Part shown: positions 58,704 through 64,000 of the stretch, piece by piece
How positions within the stretch are numbered: the first letter of the stretch is position 1
How the letters are laid out: each line of letters starts with the position of its first letter
From: Tubulanus polymorphus
Lineage: Eukaryota; Animalia; Nemertea
DNA length: 64,000 nucleotides
Assembly (NCBI RefSeq): GCF_964204645.1
Contig: NC_134030.1
Location: 18,436,210 to 18,500,209, forward strand
Reading direction: 5' to 3'
The notes under the pieces: model-generated
What the model was told of the DNA's origin: nothing
Database searches by the model: none
Seen by the model: the letters and a program-made list of their open reading frames with translations, nothing else
Program-made: the position numbers and the translations under genes

Positions 58704-60009
58704 AATCTTAAGGTTATCGTCGAAACGTCGAATGAATAAATTTGTAACTTAAAGGAAACTTTATCTTTCGTCGTATTATCATGGGGTTTTCCATATGTCA
58801 GTGTTGCCAAGGAAATAGTTCCATCAAAGGTGGATTAAAATCAGACTCATAAACTTAATACATAGTTATTCATTTGGAACAAACTAGTATTGAGTGATGA
58901 ATAATGATATGTAAATCTCACATGCCGCAGAAGAATTTCAGGAGGTTCAGTCAGATATCAACAGTTCAGTGCTGCCCATAGCGGAGTTTCTGTGAACCAA
59001 AATATCAGCAAGTTATATCTCGCACCTGACAGATGGAAACGTCGTGTATTTATATACTTTAGATTGTTCGAATTGAATAAATTTCTTGATTTTGAAATTC
59101 TTTTTATTTGTAGTGCGTTTTTATCTTATTACCCGTTCACCAGGTTTGAGTGTGATTATCGCACTATATCAGCAAGAGTTTATATTTAACGCCGGAACGT
59201 GATGTTCTAGATTCTAGAAATTAACACAAAACAAATTAATTAAAAAACAATTTGTCGAGATATATGTCGATCGAACAACCATAAAAATGTTAATGGATGA
59301 TATATACGTACAATATATATTAAAATTAACTGATTAATTTAACACTGGTTAAATGAACTCAGACTTTATAATAATATATTCATTTCACTTTACATCAGAC
59401 TAAAACATTTAAACATTTAGCAGAGTAAAACAATTAAAAGTACATTTTTTGAAATAAAAGTTTTCTAAAGCGCGATTTAAAAGAAAAAACGGCGGGAGCT
59501 TCAAAAAGATTTTTGTGTATTCCATAATGTAATGAAAGTAAAAGCACCACGACCAGCAACACGGCCAGCAACACGGCCAGCAACTCGGGTGTTACTACTT
59601 TTGACTAGAAATAGACCTGTTGGTATAAAGATGGTTTTGGGCTTTGTTGTGTAATACCTCTCTAATAAAAGATAGAAGTCACCTTTTGAAAGAACAAACT
59701 AAAACAACTGCTTCACTTCAATGGTTGTACAAATACCATGTGGATGAAATTCGATCTAGTAGGTACCCGATTACAAACACCAGTTTGGTTTTGTTTATCT
59801 TCATTTCTAGTTTTCGTTTCATGTTTTCCCGCTAAATAAACTTGAACTTGAACTAAGAACAAGGACAAACATTGGTTTATCGACTTGAATAATTTAATTA
59901 AAACAGCTAACCTTCCCTCCCTTTAATACGAGGTGAATTCAACCATTAGAAGCTCCACCTAACCCCCACTCACTTACCGTTAAACACACGGAATACACAA
60001 TACTTACAA

Positions 60010-60677
60010 TTTAACACAGTACTCGCAGTTTAACACAGAACTTACAGTTTAACACTAAACACAGAACTAACAGTTTAACGCAGTACCCGCAGTTTAACAC
60101 AGTACTCGCAGTTTAACACGGTACTCGCATTTTAACACAGTACTCGCAGTTTAACACAGTACTCGCAGTTTAACGCAGTACTCGCAGTTTAACACGGTAC
60201 TCGCATTTTAACACAGTACTCGCAGTTTAACACAGTACTCGCAGTTTAACACAGTACTCGCAGTTTAACACAGTACTCGCAGTTTAACACAGTACTCGCA
60301 TTTTAACACAGTACTCGCAGTTTAACACAGTACTCGCAGTTTAACGCAGTACTCGCAGTTTAACACGGTACTCGCATTTTAACACAGTACTCGCAGTTTA
60401 ACGCAGTACTCGCAGTTTAACACAGTACTCGCAGTTTAACACAGTACTCGCAGTTTAACACAGTACTCGCAGTTTAACACAGTACTCGCAGTTTAACGCA
60501 GTACTCGCAGTTTAACGCAGTACTCGCAGTTTAACGCAGTACTCGCAGTTTAACGCAGTACTCGCAGTTTAACACAGTACTCGCAGTTTAACACAGTACT
60601 CGCAGTTTAACACAGTACTCGCAGTTTAACGCAGTACTCGCAGTTTAACACAGTACTCGCAGTTTAACACAGTACTC
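60010..60677. repeat. 19-bp minisatellite (gcagtttaacacagtactc) derived from the lectin gene stop-codon region
   Basis: More than 30 tandem copies; the minus-strand unit GAGTACTGTGTTAAACTGC equals the last codons plus TAA of the 60664 ORF. Confidence 0.92.
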
Positions 60678-62606
60678 TCAGTTTCATGTAAGATTTACCT
60701 CCAGTTTTATATGTGTTTGTTTTTTGTGCTGTGGTTTTGACAGCTGTGTATAGGTGGCACTGTAACTCACCGGAAGTTACTGGTGAACACGTGATCCCGA
60801 TACAGCGTGTTTTCGCGTCACACTCAGCGGCGCATTCTACACAGGATCTGACGTCATTATTCACTGATTGCAATAATACATTATCAGTCCAATCTGGATG
60901 ACGTCCATACCAGCCAATGACGTCACTTCCCGTTTCAGCTACATAGCATTTAGTTGTTGTAGGTGTCGCTGCAGTCGGTTTAGAATTAGATGTGCCAGTG
61001 TAACTGGTTCCTGTGGTGGGTGGTACTGATGTGGTACTCATAGTGGTGCTGGTAGAGGCACCTGTGGTGGATGGTACTGATGCGGTACTCACAGTGGTGC
61101 TGGTAGAGGCTCCAGTGGTGGATGGTACTGATGCGGTACTCACAGTGGTGCTGGTAGAGGCACCTGTGGTGGATGGTACTGATGTGGTACTCATAGTGGT
61201 GCTGGTGGAGGCTCCTGTGGTGGATGGTACCGACGTGGTACTCATAGTGGTGCTGGTAGAGGCTCCAGTGGTGGATGGTACTGATGTGGTACTCATAGTG
61301 GTGCTGGTGGAGGCTCCTGTAGTGGATGGTACCGACGTGGTACTCATAGTGGTGCTGGTAGAGGCTCCTGTGGTGGATGGTACTGATGTGGTACTCACAG
61401 TGGTGCTGGTAGAGGCACCTGTGGTGGATGGTACTGATGTGGTACTCATAGTGGTGCTGGTAGAGGCTCCTGTGGTGGATGGTACTGATGTGGTACTCAC
61501 AGTGGTGCTGGTAGAGGCACCTGTGGTGGATGGTACTGATGCGGTACTCACAGTGGTGCTGGTAGCGCTACCACTCGTAGCGGTACTACTGGTAGCGATG
61601 GTAGTAGTGAGTTTATCAGTAGCTGGTATTGAAGTAGTCGTGATAGTTAAATTATATCCTGAAAGAGTCAATTCACAACAAACACATAATAATCGTGTAT
61701 ACACAAACATATAGATTACCAGACGAGGTTTTGTTCTTACCGTAAACTTCCACTTCACACAAAGTCAAAGGTTCAGTACCCAACGGTTTAGTGACGATCA
61801 CAGTATTTCCGGCCATGTGACCGGGACAGGGGAATTCTTTCACCTCTGATGCTTTCATGCTTTTTGCCTGTTCGGCACAAATAAGATTCGGCGGTATATT
61901 CGATAAATTCATTTTAGGAGGAGACTGGTCTGTAGTAACCAGAATTTTGAATTTCTTCAAACGATATTCTGCAATATAAACGCTTTAATTTAAACTCTAT
62001 TAGTCGAGGAATTCATCAACAATTCTAAGATAAAAACCCAGTATGTACAAATTAAAAGAATTTTAAAATCGAGAATTTATTTATTCAAAAAATCTTTCAA
62101 CAATTTTGTTGCCACTGTTTTGATTGATTTTCGAAAATGAACACTTAATATTCGAAGTTTAGAAAAACTTAACTTACCAAATAAATCTCTATTCGCTAAT
62201 ACAACACTGGTAACATTATACACGTGATCTAGTTCGACTTTCCACCAATAGGGGGCCGGTCCAGACCAGTCTCCGGTATGACTGCACACCCTTAGTTTAG
62301 GTCCTTGATCGCCATCGACGGCTAAACTCGGATATCTGACTTTCTTCGTTACGCATTGGTCAGTAGGTCTACCTAAAGCTAAATTCGGACGAGCCTCTTC
62401 GACTTGACTGTTAGAAACTACTGAAATATAGAAATAGTTTTGTGAAATTGTTTTCGATCTCTTTCAATTTCAAAGTTATGGAAAACAATACATCGATAGT
62501 ATTCAGTGACGTCAGAGTTGAATATAAATAGATTACCTGAAATATTGAATATAAAACGATGAAATGTAGTAAGTAACAAACAGATTCTGAAGATTGTGCG
62601 GCTCAT
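60664..62606 (-). CDS. Secreted F-type lectin (fucolectin/F5-8C fold) - mucin repeat - PAN/apple protein
   Basis: Exons 62606-62537 (signal MSRTIFRICLLLTTFH...), 62420-62178 (NLALGRPT.Q..AVDG..CSHT..WWKVEL..V.LANR), 61968-61741 (..LTLCEVEVY) and 61658-60664 (17-aa STTGASTSTTxSTTSVP repeats, then SCVECAAECDAKTRC.G...C.LY). All introns phase 1. Confidence 0.85.
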
Positions 62607-62940
62607 TTCTGAAGATTGTGCAGTTTATTCCACGTCTTCATAGATTTATCCTTGACTCCGGAATGAATACCGCGGCAACAGTGACGACAGTTGAAACTGA
62701 CGTGTCTACTATTCAAATATTCACATTTCACAAAACACATATCGGTTTACCGTATTTACGGTTAATATTTAAATTCAACATCAACGGAAAATCATAGAAA
62801 ATGTAATATGTTGGACTGGTTTAAAGTCCACTTAAAGTGAGCTGCGAGCTGCGGTTGGTGACCGAATAAATGTTTTAATATTTGCATCGTTGAAGTTTTG
62901 GAAACCTGCAGTTCATATAAGTGTTAACTAGAACTCAATG

Positions 62941-63168
62941 ATTGAGTCTACAGATCCACAGTTGAGTCTGCAGATCCACAGTTGAGGCTACATATCCACA
63001 GTTGAGGCTACAGATCCACAGCTGAGGCTACAGATCCACAATTGAGGCTACAGATCCACAGTTGAGGCTACAGATCCACAGTTGAGGCTACAGATCCACA
63101 GTTGAGTCTTCAGATCCACAATTGAGGCTACAGATCCACAGTTGAGTCTACAGATCCACAGTTGAGGC
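62941..63168. repeat. 20-bp minisatellite (gttgaggctacagatccaca)
   Basis: About 11 tandem copies upstream of the lectin gene. Confidence 0.92.
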
Positions 63169-64000
63169 AATTAGAAAAATAGCCAGTTCTGAATCCTGTG
63201 GGGATTTTTTTTCTCCGTATTTCCGTTGCCTTCTTGAAGGGGAGGGGAGGAGGAGAGGAGGGGCCTTTTGGACAGGGAGGGGAGGAAAGGAGGGGGCTTT
63301 TGGAAGGGGAGGGGAGGAAGGGAGAAGGGGAGGAGGGAGGGGGAGGATGGCCCATGTGGGTGAAAGAAAACACTTACTTCTCCAAGGAATCCATGAATAT
63401 ATTGAGAAATTCAATTTTAGTCTCAATACTTACAATGCTTACTACTCCTGATTATATTAATGATTGTGCGTCTATTACACTGTGTATTGTTGTATTACTG
63501 TGATAGATGTCGCAATAGTGATAGATGTCACACACATTGACAAATATATATCGTACCATCACAATCTCATGAATATCCAAAAATACGTTATTTTTCTCGC
63601 TGAAGGTTCTTGATAAACACAGTGCAGGAGACGGTCAAACATTATGTAAATCGTGCCGATTTTCTGTTGCCAAGAAACTATAAAAAATGGGTCTTGATAT
63701 CGCCAAACTGTTTTTTGACCGACCGCTAGAGTATATTGTGCCTGAAACCCGATATCACAAGGTATAAATTCAATTATAACATCACCCAAATACACCGAAC
63801 ACTGTATCACGGGAAATGATGTTCATGGGCAGTGAATCGATTTATTTCATACAGCAATAAAGCACCTACTCGGCTGGTGAAAAGTTTCCCACTAAAGTTC
63901 GTTTATTATTTATTCTCGGTGGTTTCTGTGGCTCAGTGCTCGTAATATCGATAATCGGTTTTTTTCATTAACGAACTCGGAGCATAGTCCGGAGCCGTCC

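Noticed and set aside
60010-60677. CRISPR-like array (also considered for 57358-57745 and 62941-63168)
   Set aside because: Units are head-to-tail with no unique spacers, there are no cas genes, and the context is eukaryotic.
61013-61714. 233-aa Val-rich plus-strand ORF
   Set aside because: Antisense shadow of the Thr/Ser mucin repeat exon.
63128-63503. Pro-rich / Gly-Glu-rich ORFs
   Set aside because: Produced by a low-complexity purine (GGA/GGG) tract.

Overview
AT-rich, intron-containing animal DNA, probably from a marine invertebrate; the repeat types suggest a lophotrochozoan, but I cannot identify the species. Splicing short exons by hand (most are missed by the ORF track) shows a dense cluster of candidate immune or recognition genes. 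(1) The 3' part of a gene in which an Ig-like extracellular exon, a transmembrane exon and Cys-rich 45/90-nt exons all splice in phase 1 onto a NACHT-LRR exon, predicting an ectodomain-TM-NLR receptor. (2) Two tandem paralogues of a signal peptide-Ig-Ig-like-FN3-like-TM receptor with YxxM/YxN/YxxP tail motifs; their divergence is concentrated in the distal Ig domain and the TM. (3) A CUB-CUB-PLAT-stalk-TM receptor with an ITSM and an ITIM-like motif. (4) A secreted F-type lectin-mucin-PAN/apple protein. The window also contains a divergent iGluR/IR-like gene with no visible ATD, a very young Gmr1-type (IN before RT) Gypsy element inside intron 1 of receptor copy 1, a decayed RAG1/Transib-like transposase with an embedded PHD-like finger, Penelope remnants with hammerhead cores, MITEs, and minisatellites, several of which grew out of splice or stop signals. 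All gene models are manual predictions without transcript support.
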